The notes beneath the pieces were generated by a model. The model saw only the letters and a program-made list of their open reading frames with translations, searched no databases and had not been told where the DNA came from. Below, piece by piece: positions 8,657 to 18,214 of a stretch of DNA of 64,000 nucleotides. The first letter of the stretch is position 1. The number at the start of each line of letters is the position of its first letter. The translations under genes were made by a program, and so were the position numbers. Source of the stretch: an uncultured candidate division Zixibacteria bacterium (GTDB lineage Bacteria; Zixibacteria; MSB-5A5; GN15; PGXB01). Where the stretch lies: contig OY969724.1 in NCBI GenBank assembly GCA_963702205.1, positions 2,080,001 through 2,144,000 of the forward strand. Direction: 5' to 3'.

Positions 8657-9475
8657 ATGAATAAAATAATCGGCGGTCTGGCGATGGTCGCAATGGTATT
8701 GACGATATGTGTTGGGATATTCGGGTGCGGCGGCAAGAAAGCGGAACCTTTGCCGCAGTATGAAGGCTGGGAGCAGTATACCTATAAGCACTTTATTTTT
8801 CACTATGACCCCGCCGAATACTGGGGACGCAATATAGACCGTTTTGCGGATTTCAACGAACGCTATCTGAAAGAAGATTGTGAATTTCTGGCTATAGACG
8901 TCCCGACCGATACCATAAACTACTATATCCACTCGGATTCGGCCTACGCCGCCAAACAGATCGGACATGAGATACCGTACGTTGTCTCCAACCAGATTCA
9001 CTGGGGACGGCCGGTGCCGTTCGGAGTCCCGATAATAATGTATTTGATCCCCAAAATGAACCTCCGTCCGACCGATTTCCGGGTACTGCGCGACGGTTTG
9101 ATCCGTCTGCGCGATTATTCCGGCAATGATTATCACGACCTGACCGGGATGCTGCACAAGATCGGGCAGTACATACCGCTCGATACCATGTTCAACAACG
9201 AGGCGTATTTACGCACCAGCATTATTTATCGCAGGCAGGAGGCGGCATCGCTGGTGGCGTATATGACGTACACGTACGGTATCAATCGTTTCAAGATGCT
9301 CTGGCAATCGGCAGCCGATTATAAAAAGTCTGTCGAAGAAATATTCCGGACCGACTTCGACCAGTTCGAGAAAGACTGGGAGACTTTTGTCATGGATCGG
9401 TATACCGGATTCAAAATGCAGAAAGATACAGTGGTCGGCGATTCGGTCGTCCACCAGGTTATAGACGTCAAATAA
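8657..9475 (+). CDS. Lipoprotein, peptidase-MA-like fold, no HExxH
   Basis: Lipobox IFGC; LRDGL and EAASLVAYMTYTYG motifs resemble peptidase MA-like proteins. Confidence 0.65.
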   Translation: MNKIIGGLAMVAMVLTICVGIFGCGGKKAEPLPQYEGWEQYTYKHFIFHYDPAEYWGRNIDRFADFNERYLKEDCEFLAIDVPTDTINYYIHSDSAYAAKQIGHEIPYVVSNQIHWGRPVPFGVPIIMYLIPKMNLRPTDFRVLRDGLIRLRDYSGNDYHDLTGMLHKIGQYIPLDTMFNNEAYLRTSIIYRRQEAASLVAYMTYTYGINRFKMLWQSAADYKKSVEEIFRTDFDQFEKDWETFVMDRYTGFKMQKDTVVGDSVVHQVIDVK

Positions 9476-9489
9476 GAAGGGGAGGCGGA

Positions 9490-10254
9490 ATGTCGGACAA
9501 TGAGTGGCAATCGGCCATTACCAATATAGCGCCCGGCCAAATCCGGGTAAGAGGTTACAATATAACCGATATCATGGATAAGCTGTCTTTCGCCGAGGCG
9601 GTGTTTTTGATTCTCAAAGGCGAACTGCCGAACAAAGCTGAGGCCGAGATGATGCGGGCGATACTGGTTTCCTCGGTGGACCACGGCTGCTCGCCGCCGT
9701 CGGTTTTGGGGACGCGCAATGTCATTTCGGGGGGCAATTCGCTCAACGCGGCTATCGCGGGCGGCGTGCTGGTTATCGGCGACAGCCACGGCGGAGCGAT
9801 AGAAAATTCGGCCAGGATTCTTCAGGAATGGGCCAAAAAGGAAGGCTCGCCCGAAGTGCTGGCGACGCAGTTGGTCGAATTTCTGAAAGAAAAGAAAATC
9901 CGTATGCCGGGATTCGGACACCGTCTGCACAATGTCGATCCGCGCACGCTCAAGCTGTTCGAGATAGCGCAGAAGTGTGGATTTTCCGGGCGGCATATCA
10001 AGCTCTGTCGGGCGGTCGAGAAGGCGCTTGCAGCCGGGCTCGGCAAGCAGTTGCCGATCAATGTCGACGGGGCAATCGCGGCGGTCATTTCCGACATGGG
10101 TTTCGATTATCGTCTGGGCAAAGGGTTTTTCATCATTTCGCGGGTGCCGGGATTGATAGCTCACGCCTATGAAGAAATGACCCGCGAAAAGCCGATGCGC
10201 CAGCTGGGCAACCGGAATTTTTCGTACGACGGACCGGAGGACAAGGAGATATAG
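9490..10254 (+). CDS. Citryl-CoA lyase (citrate synthase-like family)
   Basis: VRGY, VDHG, HGGA, PGFGHR, INVDG, SRVPGLIAH; 254 aa. Confidence 0.85.
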   Translation: MSDNEWQSAITNIAPGQIRVRGYNITDIMDKLSFAEAVFLILKGELPNKAEAEMMRAILVSSVDHGCSPPSVLGTRNVISGGNSLNAAIAGGVLVIGDSHGGAIENSARILQEWAKKEGSPEVLATQLVEFLKEKKIRMPGFGHRLHNVDPRTLKLFEIAQKCGFSGRHIKLCRAVEKALAAGLGKQLPINVDGAIAAVISDMGFDYRLGKGFFIISRVPGLIAHAYEEMTREKPMRQLGNRNFSYDGPEDKEI

Positions 10255-10870
10255 AGCGTGTTGTGCCCGGTCGGTTTGAGAATCCGCCGGGGGAGAAACC
10301 ACTCCAAACAAGTTTGGAGTGGCCACGCGATTGATATAGTAAAGTAGCTGGGCAACCGGAATTTTGCGTATGACTGCCCAGGTGACAGGGAGATATAGAT
10401 ATTATTAGAATGGGGCAGATGTGGACATCTGCCGCCCACGATCATTGTGTTGTGCCCGGCGGGTTCTCAAATCCGCCGGGGGAGAAACCACTCCAAACAA
10501 GTTTGGAGTGGCCACGCGATTGATATAGCAAAGTAGGTCGGGTCCGAGCGTAGCGAGAAACCCGACAAATTGGCAGACGAGGGCGTCTGCCGATCACAAA
10601 TATTTTTCATACGACGGACCGGAGGACAGGGAGATATAGATATTATTAGAATGGGGCAGATGTGGACATCTGCCGCCCACGAATGGAGCAGAAGTGGACA
10701 TCTGCCGCCCACGATCATTGTGTTGTGCCCGGCGGGTTCTCAAACCCGCCGGGGGAGAAACCACTCCAAACAAGTTTGGAGTGGCCACGCGATTGATATA
10801 GCAAAGTAGGTCGGGTCCGAGCGTAGCGAGAAACCCGACAAATCGGCAGACGAGGGCGTCTGCCGATCAT
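10202..10870. repeat. Mosaic tandem array of REP-like palindromes and gene-end copies (A-B-A-C-B-D-A-C-C-B-D)
   Basis: A = ccl 3' end (10202-10254, 10346-10398, 10602-10639); B = 90-bp double hairpin (10258-10347, 10447-10536, 10720-10809); C = GGCAGATGTGGACATCTGCC unit (two full copies, one variant); D = GTAGGTCGGGT...ACCCGAC unit (10533, 10806). Confidence 0.9.
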
Positions 10871-10944
10871 AAAACCCGACAAAAAGTTTTTTTCCGTCGG
10901 GAAGGGGTTCCAGACGGCGCAGAATAAGAATCCCACTACTGAAG

Positions 10945-11096
10945 GGGCTTGTTGAAAAAGTGAACGAATGGTACAAGAAGTAGGTCGGGTTCCGAGTGGA
11001 GCGAAGCGTAACGAGAAACCCGACAACAAGATGTCGGCTTTCTCTCCTGACTTCGTCAGGATTCGGAAGCCGACCTACTGGTTTTTCAACAAGCCC
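10945..11096. mobile_element. 152-bp MITE with 15-bp perfect TIRs and 5-bp target-site duplication, carrying a GTAG REP doublet
   Basis: GGGCTTGTTGAAAAA (10945-10959) / TTTTTCAACAAGCCC (11082-11096); TGAAG at 10940-10944 and 11097-11101; internal GTAGGTCGG...CCGACCTAC (10980-11078). Confidence 0.8.
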
Positions 11097-11231
11097 TGAA
11101 GCGGTGAGGCACCCAGATGAAAAATGCAATAGGATAAACACGTTTCGTGGGGTTTAAAACGTTGCGTCAGGTCCTGACCATTCTTATGGTTGTGACCTGA
11201 CGCCAACCAAACCATACAAGAAATTAAAATC

Positions 11232-11828
11232 ATGAAACTTGTACTTGCCACCAATAACAAAGACAAAATCAGAGAAATCGAAAAAGTTCTGGCCGGGCTG
11301 CCGGTTGAGATATTGACTTCGGCGGATTTCGAGAATTTCCCGGAAATAGAAGAAACCGGAACGACGCTCGAAGAAAACACCATCCTCAAAGCGCGCGGTA
11401 TCGCCAAATTTACCGGTCTGGCGGCCATGGCCGACGACAGCGGCCTGGAAGTCGACGCATTGGGCGGGGCGCCGGGAGTGTACTCATCGCGCTACGCAGG
11501 GCCCGGGTGTTCGTACGCCGATAACAATATCAAATTGCTCAAAGAAATGACGGGCGTGCCGGATGAAAAACGCGGGGCGCGTTTTCGGACGGTGATCGCG
11601 ATTGCCTGGGATACGAAAAAAATCGAGACGGTCGACGGCTCGGTTGAAGGCGTTATAATGTCCGAAAACAGAGGCGAGAACGGTTTCGGTTACGACCCGG
11701 TATTCTTTTATCCTCCGGCCGGAAAGACCTTTGCGCAGATGTCACTCGATGAAAAAAACAAGGTTTCTCATCGCGGCCAAGCCGTAGTGGCGGCGCGGGA
11801 GTTGATCGTGCGGCATATCCAAAATTAA
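11232..11828 (+). CDS. rdgB: XTP/dITP diphosphatase (RdgB/HAM1)
   Basis: ATNNKDK, EETG, DDSGLEV, PGVYSSR, GFGYDP, SHR. Confidence 0.95.
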   Translation: MKLVLATNNKDKIREIEKVLAGLPVEILTSADFENFPEIEETGTTLEENTILKARGIAKFTGLAAMADDSGLEVDALGGAPGVYSSRYAGPGCSYADNNIKLLKEMTGVPDEKRGARFRTVIAIAWDTKKIETVDGSVEGVIMSENRGENGFGYDPVFFYPPAGKTFAQMSLDEKNKVSHRGQAVVAARELIVRHIQN

Positions 11829-12052
11829 TATAGATTTTGGCAGGACTCTCTCGGATCCTGTTTTGGCTTCTTCGATTTTTAATTTCAAAGAATAAACTCG
11901 GGTTGAACATTTGGTCAAATTTCTCGTCTAATAGCGTGAAGCTTGACAACTTACACCATTTGACTGAAGGAAATCGAATAGTAAGGCGCAAAACCGCCTG
12001 CCGGTGCGCCAAAACACCATAATCCGCGAAAACATACGGAAGGAATGGAGAT

Positions 12053-14410
12053 ATGTCCTCTCGTTTACGGAGGCCGTTTTACGGCCTGTTGACGACGGTA
12101 ATGGTGTGGGGTTTTTTTTGTATCACGGGTTTTGCCTCCGATAGTTTTCAACCGGTATTCAATCCGGCTCTGAATATTTCAGGAACAACCGGTCAGATTC
12201 ATGTCGACGGTGACTTATGTGAGGAGGGTTGGCAAACGGCGGCCTCATCGGACAATTTCGTCGAACGGGCTCCGGGTGACAATACCGAGCCGCCGGTCAA
12301 GACCAAAGTCATGGTTACCTATGATGAAAACAATCTTTATGTCGGGTTTGTCTGCTACGACGATCCCTCGCAGATTCGTGCTACAATGTGCCAGCGCGAC
12401 CTGTTCACCAGCGACGACGCCGTAATTGTCCTGCTTGATACGTACGGCGATGCCTCCTGGGCGTACCTGCTCTATGTTAATCCGTACGGTATCCAGAAAG
12501 ACATGATGTGGACCAATATAACCGGGTCGGACGTCGGTTTTGATCTTATCTGGAATTCGGCCGCGAAGATCACGCCTGAGGGATATCAGGTGGAGATGGC
12601 CGTGCCTTTTGCGGGCTTACGTTTTCCCAACCGGGACACGCAGACATGGCGTATGGATTTCTGGCGCAATCAACCGCGCGAAGCTATCCATCAGTATTCG
12701 TGGTCGGCCAACAATCGCAATGAGCAGTGCTGGCCGTGCCAGTGGGGAACGGTCAACGGTATTTCCAACGTCTATCCGGGGCGGGGCATAGAGATTCTCC
12801 CGGCTTTGGTCGCCTATCAGAGCGGCTCGGTGACGGATACTTATGACCCCAATCTTCCGTTCAAAAACCTCGATGCCGACGGCGAACTGGCACTGGGGGG
12901 CAAATATGCCATCAACTCCGATGTCACACTGGAAACTACCATAAATCCCGATTTCAGCCAGATCGAGGCCGATGCCGCGCAGATCGACGTCAATTCTCCG
13001 GTGGCCCTGTACTATCCGGAACGGCGGCCGTTTTTTCAGGAAGGCCGGGACATTTTTATCACACTGTTCAATTCCTTTTATTCGCGCACGGTAAATGATC
13101 CACAACTGGCCGTAAAATTGACCGGACGAACCGGTGCCTATCGATTCGGGATGTTGTCGGCGGTGGACGATCATTCATTCTATCTCGTGCCTCTCGAAGA
13201 ATCCAGCTATGGGCCGTTCGATATCGGCAAGAGCTATGTCAACGTCTTTCGGGGGATGCGCTCGCTTGGATCAAGTTCACAGATTGGGATGATTTTGAAC
13301 GATCGCCGCTTCGAAGCGGGCGGATCGAATACCATTTTTGGTATAGACCAGCGGATTCGGCTGTCGCCGAATTATTTTATCGACGGGCAGTATCTCGTGA
13401 CTTATACGAAGGAATCCGGCAGCAGCAGTCTCTACGGATCAAAGACAACGTTCGATGGTGGTAAGCACACCCTTGGATTCGACGGTGAGTCGTATACCGG
13501 CTTTGGCATGATCAGTCGGCTCAATCGCAGCTCCCGCCACTGGGACTTTCGGCTCGATTACAATCAGGTTGGGTGGACGTATCGTACCGAACTGGGGTAT
13601 GATCCCTGGGTGGACTATCGCAACCTGTCCTTTTACACTCAGTATACTTTTTATTACGATGAAGGCCTCATCGACCGGACGTGGCCGCATTTATACGTCG
13701 AAACGCGCTGGAATTTTGAGGGGGATCGTAAATGGTCGCACGTGAATGCCGGATGGACAACCGCCCTCAGGTTTGCTCAGACGGTCGGCTCGGTGGGCTA
13801 TATCACTGGCGACGAGCTCTGGAGCGGTTTCAGGTTCAACGACCTCTGGCATCTGCATCTTGATATTAACGGCCAGTTCAGCAACCAGATCGGGTTTTAT
13901 CTGCAAACCGAATGGGGCAACGGACCGGCCTTGAACGTACTTGAAAAGGGTCGGGAATTGTCGATAGAAACCAACCTGAGTTTAAAGCCGATCGACAGAG
14001 TCATAATAGAACCGTACTTCAGCTATCTGAAAAGCAATGATTTAAAAACCGACCGGCTCTTTTTCGAAAACTATGTACTGCGTGCCCGAACCCGACTGCA
14101 GATAACCAGGACACTATCGATAAGACTGGTGGTACAGAACACATACCGCAAGCGAGCCTTACAGGTTTCGCCCAATCCCGACGACGATTACGCCTATTAT
14201 GAGCAAAAGAACTGGAGCGTCGATCCGCTGCTGACTTTTCGTATCAGTCCGTTCTCGGTGTTTTACGCGGGGGTGACGTATGATTTCGAAAAGCTGCCTG
14301 CGGATTTATACCCCTTTTACAGCGCCGAGCCGGACCCGAATCTGGTTCAGGACTGGGGGATGACATCGCGGAAATTCTTTATAAAAATCCAGTACTTGTT
14401 CCAGACCTGA
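12053..14410 (+). CDS. Outer-membrane protein, CBM9-like domain plus DUF5916-type barrel
   Basis: Signal peptide, VDGDL..E..W, YDENNLYVGF, INPDFSQIEAD, ERRPFF.EG, terminal IKIQYLF. Confidence 0.75.
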   Translation: MSSRLRRPFYGLLTTVMVWGFFCITGFASDSFQPVFNPALNISGTTGQIHVDGDLCEEGWQTAASSDNFVERAPGDNTEPPVKTKVMVTYDENNLYVGFVCYDDPSQIRATMCQRDLFTSDDAVIVLLDTYGDASWAYLLYVNPYGIQKDMMWTNITGSDVGFDLIWNSAAKITPEGYQVEMAVPFAGLRFPNRDTQTWRMDFWRNQPREAIHQYSWSANNRNEQCWPCQWGTVNGISNVYPGRGIEILPALVAYQSGSVTDTYDPNLPFKNLDADGELALGGKYAINSDVTLETTINPDFSQIEADAAQIDVNSPVALYYPERRPFFQEGRDIFITLFNSFYSRTVNDPQLAVKLTGRTGAYRFGMLSAVDDHSFYLVPLEESSYGPFDIGKSYVNVFRGMRSLGSSSQIGMILNDRRFEAGGSNTIFGIDQRIRLSPNYFIDGQYLVTYTKESGSSSLYGSKTTFDGGKHTLGFDGESYTGFGMISRLNRSSRHWDFRLDYNQVGWTYRTELGYDPWVDYRNLSFYTQYTFYYDEGLIDRTWPHLYVETRWNFEGDRKWSHVNAGWTTALRFAQTVGSVGYITGDELWSGFRFNDLWHLHLDINGQFSNQIGFYLQTEWGNGPALNVLEKGRELSIETNLSLKPIDRVIIEPYFSYLKSNDLKTDRLFFENYVLRARTRLQITRTLSIRLVVQNTYRKRALQVSPNPDDDYAYYEQKNWSVDPLLTFRISPFSVFYAGVTYDFEKLPADLYPFYSAEPDPNLVQDWGMTSRKFFIKIQYLFQT

Positions 14411-14432
14411 TATACATTTTCCGTGTGGATTG

Positions 14433-14459
14433 AAGGCGGTCGGCGACGGCCGCCTTTTT
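14433..14459 (+). terminator. Rho-independent terminator
   Basis: AAGGCGGTCG-gcga-CGGCCGCCTT followed by T-run. Confidence 0.75.
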
Positions 14460-14468
14460 AAAAATTAG

Positions 14469-14539
14469 TGAGGGCTGGATTGTGCTCTTGACAGACGGAT
14501 AGAAAAAAGTCTGCCAAATACCCAGCCCTCAGGACCTAC
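14469..14539 (-). repeat. REP-like long hairpin
   Basis: TGAGGGCTGG...CCAGCCCTCA inverted repeat followed by GGACCTAC (GTAG on the minus strand). Confidence 0.4.
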
Positions 14540-14646
14540 ATCTCTCGATATTAAATAATGTCTATTTGGCGTTCAAGTCAAGCCGGAAATGAAAAGGCTG
14601 AGCGGTTATTCTCATCAGGCGTTGGAATATCAATATAACCTTAATC

Positions 14647-14674
14647 TTGACTTGGGCTTAAGAAGCGGTATATT
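14647..14674 (+). promoter_or_regulatory. Promoter for tRNA-Pro
   Basis: TTGACT-16bp-TATATT, 10 bp before the tRNA. Confidence 0.55.
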
Positions 14675-14684
14675 TGCGTGTCAT

Positions 14685-14759
14685 CGGGGTGTGGCGCAGT
14701 CCGGTTAGCGCACTTGCTTTGGGAGCAAGACGTCGGAGGTTCGAATCCTCTCACCCCGA
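14685..14759 (+). tRNA. tRNA-Pro(TGG)
   Basis: Acceptor CGGGGTG/CACCCCG, anticodon arm CTTGC-TT TGG GA-GCAAG, T-loop GTTCGAATC; CCA not encoded. Confidence 0.97.
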
Positions 14760-14853
14760 TTTTTATTTTCCCCAATTTCGGACTATTTCCTGTTCAGCTT
14801 TTGCACAAAGTGTCGATAGAATCCTATAATAGAAACTTTAACCGGAGATTGCC

Positions 14854-16083
14854 GTGCTTGTTACCGGACACGCCGAAAAAGACGCCCAATATTACGATGA
14901 TATTTTCAGTCGGGATTACAATGAACAAACCCGGGATTTTCTCTATAACAGAGTTTTTGAAAAGCTTCTGACACTGAATAACCCGAGAGTGCTCGAAGTC
15001 GGGTGCGGGACCGGCTACCTGGCCCGGATGATAATCGAGCAAAATATACCATACAGGGGTTTCGATTTCAGTTCCGAAGCCGTCAAGAAGGCTCTCAAAT
15101 TCAGCCCGAAAGGAAATTTCAAAGTAGGCGATGCCTATCTTCACGAAAGCTATCTTCCGACCGATTACAATGCCGTCATTTGCATGGAAGTGCTGGAACA
15201 CGTCGACGACTTCGCCCTCCTCAAGAACCTCCCGGCGGGCGTACATTTCGTTGCAACGGTTCCTGATTTCGATGATGTCGCCCACGTGCGGCTTTATACC
15301 GATCCGGAGCGGGATATTCGTCAGAGATACGCTCGGTATATGGACGTGCAGGAAATACTCGATTTTCCCTGTTTCAATCCGGCCCGGGAAAAGAACGTGC
15401 ATATTTACATGTTCTGCGCGGTCGTCAAAGAGAACGAATTCAACAAAGAGATCACATCGACCAAAAGCCTGACACTGAAAAAACCGGAAGAGCAGGATAT
15501 CAATGATGAAAAAATCAAACTGAATATCGGTTGTGCCAACGAAATCAGGCCGGGATGGGTAAACGTTGATACGAGGCCGGGTGATGGTGTGCAAGTTGTT
15601 ACGGATTTCGATGGTTGCGACCATACGCCGCTGCCGTACGAAGACGATTCGGTCGATGAAATAAATTGTTCGTGGACGCTGGCCCGTGTGACAAATATTC
15701 TTCCCTTGATGCAGGAGCTGTACCGCATCGCAAAGAATGACACGAGGGCGACGTTCACGGTGCCCTATGGGTCATCGGACGATGCCTGGGAAGACCCGAC
15801 TTTGGTGCGGCGGTTTTTTTTGAAGTCATTCAATTATTTTTCGCAAAATCTTCTCGTGCCCGGTGGCAACACCTACGGGGGAGATTGGTCGCCGGAGACG
15901 ATAGACCTGTTTGTGGCGGCCGATAAGTACAAAGGCAAAGATCCTGAAGATACTATCAAAGATATAGAGCAATGCCGAAATGTGGTGACGCTTATGAAGG
16001 TGGTGTTGAGAGCCGTCAAGCCGGCTCGTCCGCCAGGTGAAGGACCGCCCGATAAGCCGCAATATCGCATTTTGCCGGCATAA
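14854..16083 (+). CDS. Protein with two tandem class I SAM-dependent methyltransferase domains
   Basis: VLEVGCGTG...EVLEHVDD, then KLNIGC...PGWVNVD...DPT; GTG start with GGAG RBS. Confidence 0.8.
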   Translation: MLVTGHAEKDAQYYDDIFSRDYNEQTRDFLYNRVFEKLLTLNNPRVLEVGCGTGYLARMIIEQNIPYRGFDFSSEAVKKALKFSPKGNFKVGDAYLHESYLPTDYNAVICMEVLEHVDDFALLKNLPAGVHFVATVPDFDDVAHVRLYTDPERDIRQRYARYMDVQEILDFPCFNPAREKNVHIYMFCAVVKENEFNKEITSTKSLTLKKPEEQDINDEKIKLNIGCANEIRPGWVNVDTRPGDGVQVVTDFDGCDHTPLPYEDDSVDEINCSWTLARVTNILPLMQELYRIAKNDTRATFTVPYGSSDDAWEDPTLVRRFFLKSFNYFSQNLLVPGGNTYGGDWSPETIDLFVAADKYKGKDPEDTIKDIEQCRNVVTLMKVVLRAVKPARPPGEGPPDKPQYRILPA

Positions 16084-16137
16084 TCAACCCCTCCAGATTC
16101 GCATCGGATTTATAACCGGAATCCGCGAATTAAATGC

Positions 16138-16166
16138 AGGGCTGTCGCACGATTCGCGACAGCCCT
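16138..16166. terminator. Hairpin between convergent genes (probable terminator)
   Basis: AGGGCTGTCGC-acgattc-GCGACAGCCCT. Confidence 0.55.
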
Positions 16167-16228
16167 TCGTTATATAATATATATTTTGAATCCAGATATA
16201 AAGTGAAGTCAAATAAGCGCGGCTAACA

Positions 16229-16666
16229 TCAGGCCGGATACTTTCCGGCAATATATTCCTTGAGATAGCGATTTTCCACGGCCAGTGAATCGACGTTGGC
16301 GGCCACGACGTCCCCGATTGAAATTATACCCACCAGCTTTTTATTGTCCATGATCGGCAGGTGGCGGAAACGGTTTTGGGTCATAAGGGCGCTGACGTTT
16401 TCGACGTCGTCGTTGAGGAACCCAATGACGATGTTTTTGGTCATGACTTCACTGACCTTGACGTTAAAGCCCGATTCGCCTTTGGAAAAGGTAAGGCGGA
16501 ATATATCCCGCTCGGAAATGATGCCTTTCAGCTCATCGCCGTCGATAACCGGCAGCGCCCCGATTTTATGGGCTATAATCGACTCCATCGCCTGTTTGAT
16601 GGTGCGATCGGACGAGATGGATACGATTTTGCCGGCCTTTTTTTTGAGAAGATCGTGTACCTTCAT
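16229..16666 (-). CDS. CBS-pair domain protein
   Basis: IGALPV..GIISERD, VMT, RHLPI..GIISIGDVV. Confidence 0.9.
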   Translation of the reverse strand: MKVHDLLKKKAGKIVSISSDRTIKQAMESIIAHKIGALPVIDGDELKGIISERDIFRLTFSKGESGFNVKVSEVMTKNIVIGFLNDDVENVSALMTQNRFRHLPIMDNKKLVGIISIGDVVAANVDSLAVENRYLKEYIAGKYPA

Positions 16667-16765
16667 TTATTCCCCCGCTGTTTCGATTTTTCAATCCATA
16701 TATTGGACTTACGGGGTCCAATATTCTTCGGGTGCTCGATTATGTATAATTAACATCGAAAACGG

Positions 16766-17341
16766 TTAAAAGTTGCATTCATTTTTAAGCAGGGAATACA
16801 CGTAATCGTCGTGGAGTTTGCCGTCGTGAAAATGATGCTCTCTCAATATGGCGTCGCGCTTGAATCCCAGCGATTCCAGAAGCGCCACCGAGGCGGCGTT
16901 GAAGGCTCCGGTCTGGGCGTATACTTTGTTGAGATTCAATTGGCGAAACAGGTATTTTATAAGCAGGCGAAGTCCCTCACGGGCTATGCCGCGGCGCTGT
17001 AAATTGGGATCCACACTATATCCCAGTTCGGCTGACCGGCTGAGCGTGTTGAGGTTAAAAAAGGCAAGCTTGCCGACCAGCCGTTCGCTGTTTCGGTCGA
17101 TTATAACGAAATCGCCTCTATCCGGTGATTTTTCTCTTGTTTTCTGGCGGGCTGCCATTTCTTCGGGTGTGACAATCGGGACCGGGCGGCATGTCTGCGA
17201 CGACGGTCCGCTTTTCAGAAACCAGGCGTACGTTATAGCATAATCATCAGGCACGGCAGGACGGAGATATACTTTGACTCCTGTCAAATCTGGCGCCGTT
17301 GGCGGGATTTTGGAATTTTCATCCACGTCGGGTCGATTCAT
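16766..17341 (-). CDS. GNAT N-acetyltransferase (RimJ/RimL-like)
   Basis: AELGY, QRRGIA, NAASVALLESLGF; ATG 17341 with AGGA RBS. Confidence 0.85.
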   Translation of the reverse strand: MNRPDVDENSKIPPTAPDLTGVKVYLRPAVPDDYAITYAWFLKSGPSSQTCRPVPIVTPEEMAARQKTREKSPDRGDFVIIDRNSERLVGKLAFFNLNTLSRSAELGYSVDPNLQRRGIAREGLRLLIKYLFRQLNLNKVYAQTGAFNAASVALLESLGFKRDAILREHHFHDGKLHDDYVYSLLKNECNF

Positions 17342-17483
17342 TTTTATCCTGCTTTTTGGAATTTTCGAAAAGCAATAAGAAGATAACTCAAAATTCCGAA
17401 ATTTCAACAAAGTTGTTTGAACAAAATGAATAAAATATATATTACATGCCAAATTGAAGACAGGTATATCGTATAAGGAATAT

Positions 17484-17873
17484 ATGAGTAATTACGTATG
17501 GTTCATTCGCTTCCACTTACCGGCGCTATTGTATGCCGCCTTGATAATTACGGTATCATCCATGCCGAATCTTCACACTTCCACTCCCGATTTCCCCTGG
17601 CTGGATAAGGTCGCCCACTTCACGGAATATGCGCTTTTTTCGATCCTGGTTTTCAGGTCCTTTGCGAATATGTCGTCAAGGATGCATATCAACTATACCT
17701 TTCTTCTAAGCCTGCTGTTTATTATCTTTTTTGCGATACTCGATGAGTTTTACCAGCGGTACATACCGGGCCGCAGTTCCGACGTCGCCGACATTCTGTT
17801 CGACCTGCTTGGCTCGGCGCTCATATTATTCCTTCTCTGGCGAACTGCGAAAAATCGAATCGTCAATTCATGA
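17484..17873 (+). CDS. VanZ family membrane protein
   Basis: DKVAHFTEY, DEFYQRYIPGR..DVADILFD. Confidence 0.85.
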   Translation: MSNYVWFIRFHLPALLYAALIITVSSMPNLHTSTPDFPWLDKVAHFTEYALFSILVFRSFANMSSRMHINYTFLLSLLFIIFFAILDEFYQRYIPGRSSDVADILFDLLGSALILFLLWRTAKNRIVNS

Positions 17874-17927
17874 CAATCTTTGCCGCTAATATGCAACTAA
17901 TTGCGTATCCTGTTGTCGCTATTTAAC

Positions 17928-17955
17928 TTGACAATTCCGCCCTTATGATTATACT
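17928..17955 (+). promoter_or_regulatory. Sigma70-type promoter ~260 nt upstream of the giant surface protein gene
   Basis: TTGACA-16bp-TATACT. Confidence 0.5.
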
Positions 17956-18214
17956 ATTGTGGCTGACCTATAATAAGTTAGGTTGACATGGGAGGGGTGG
18001 AAAAGAGTCTTCGGTACTTGCTTTGCTGCCATAAAATATGAGTAATAGCGAGGTTATAGTTTCAATTGGTGCAAGGGGTAAGCTTTGTATTTTACTCATA
18101 GGCGACTAATTAAATCATAACATTGATTCGTTATCTAAATGACTTATCCTTTTGCCGCCAGATAAGGGATAGATGGAATATCGTCATTATTTACAATACT
18201 TTAAGGAGCGTATT

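Noticed and set aside
10258..10870. CRISPR array
   Set aside because: Units are 40-90 bp mosaics, intervening sequences are themselves repeated rather than unique spacers, spacing is irregular, and no cas genes are present.
10167..11141. Short ORFs across the repeat region (e.g. MATPNLFGVVSPPA..., MIVGGRCP...)
   Set aside because: They are translations of the palindromic repeats, with no RBS support or protein-like features.
11980..12030. c-di-GMP-I riboswitch upstream of the DUF5916-type gene
   Set aside because: Only one GGCGCA...TGCGCC hairpin; the GNRA-capped P1 and second stem are not recognisable.
14678..14971. 97-aa ORF overlapping tRNA-Pro
   Set aside because: Spurious reading of the tRNA gene.
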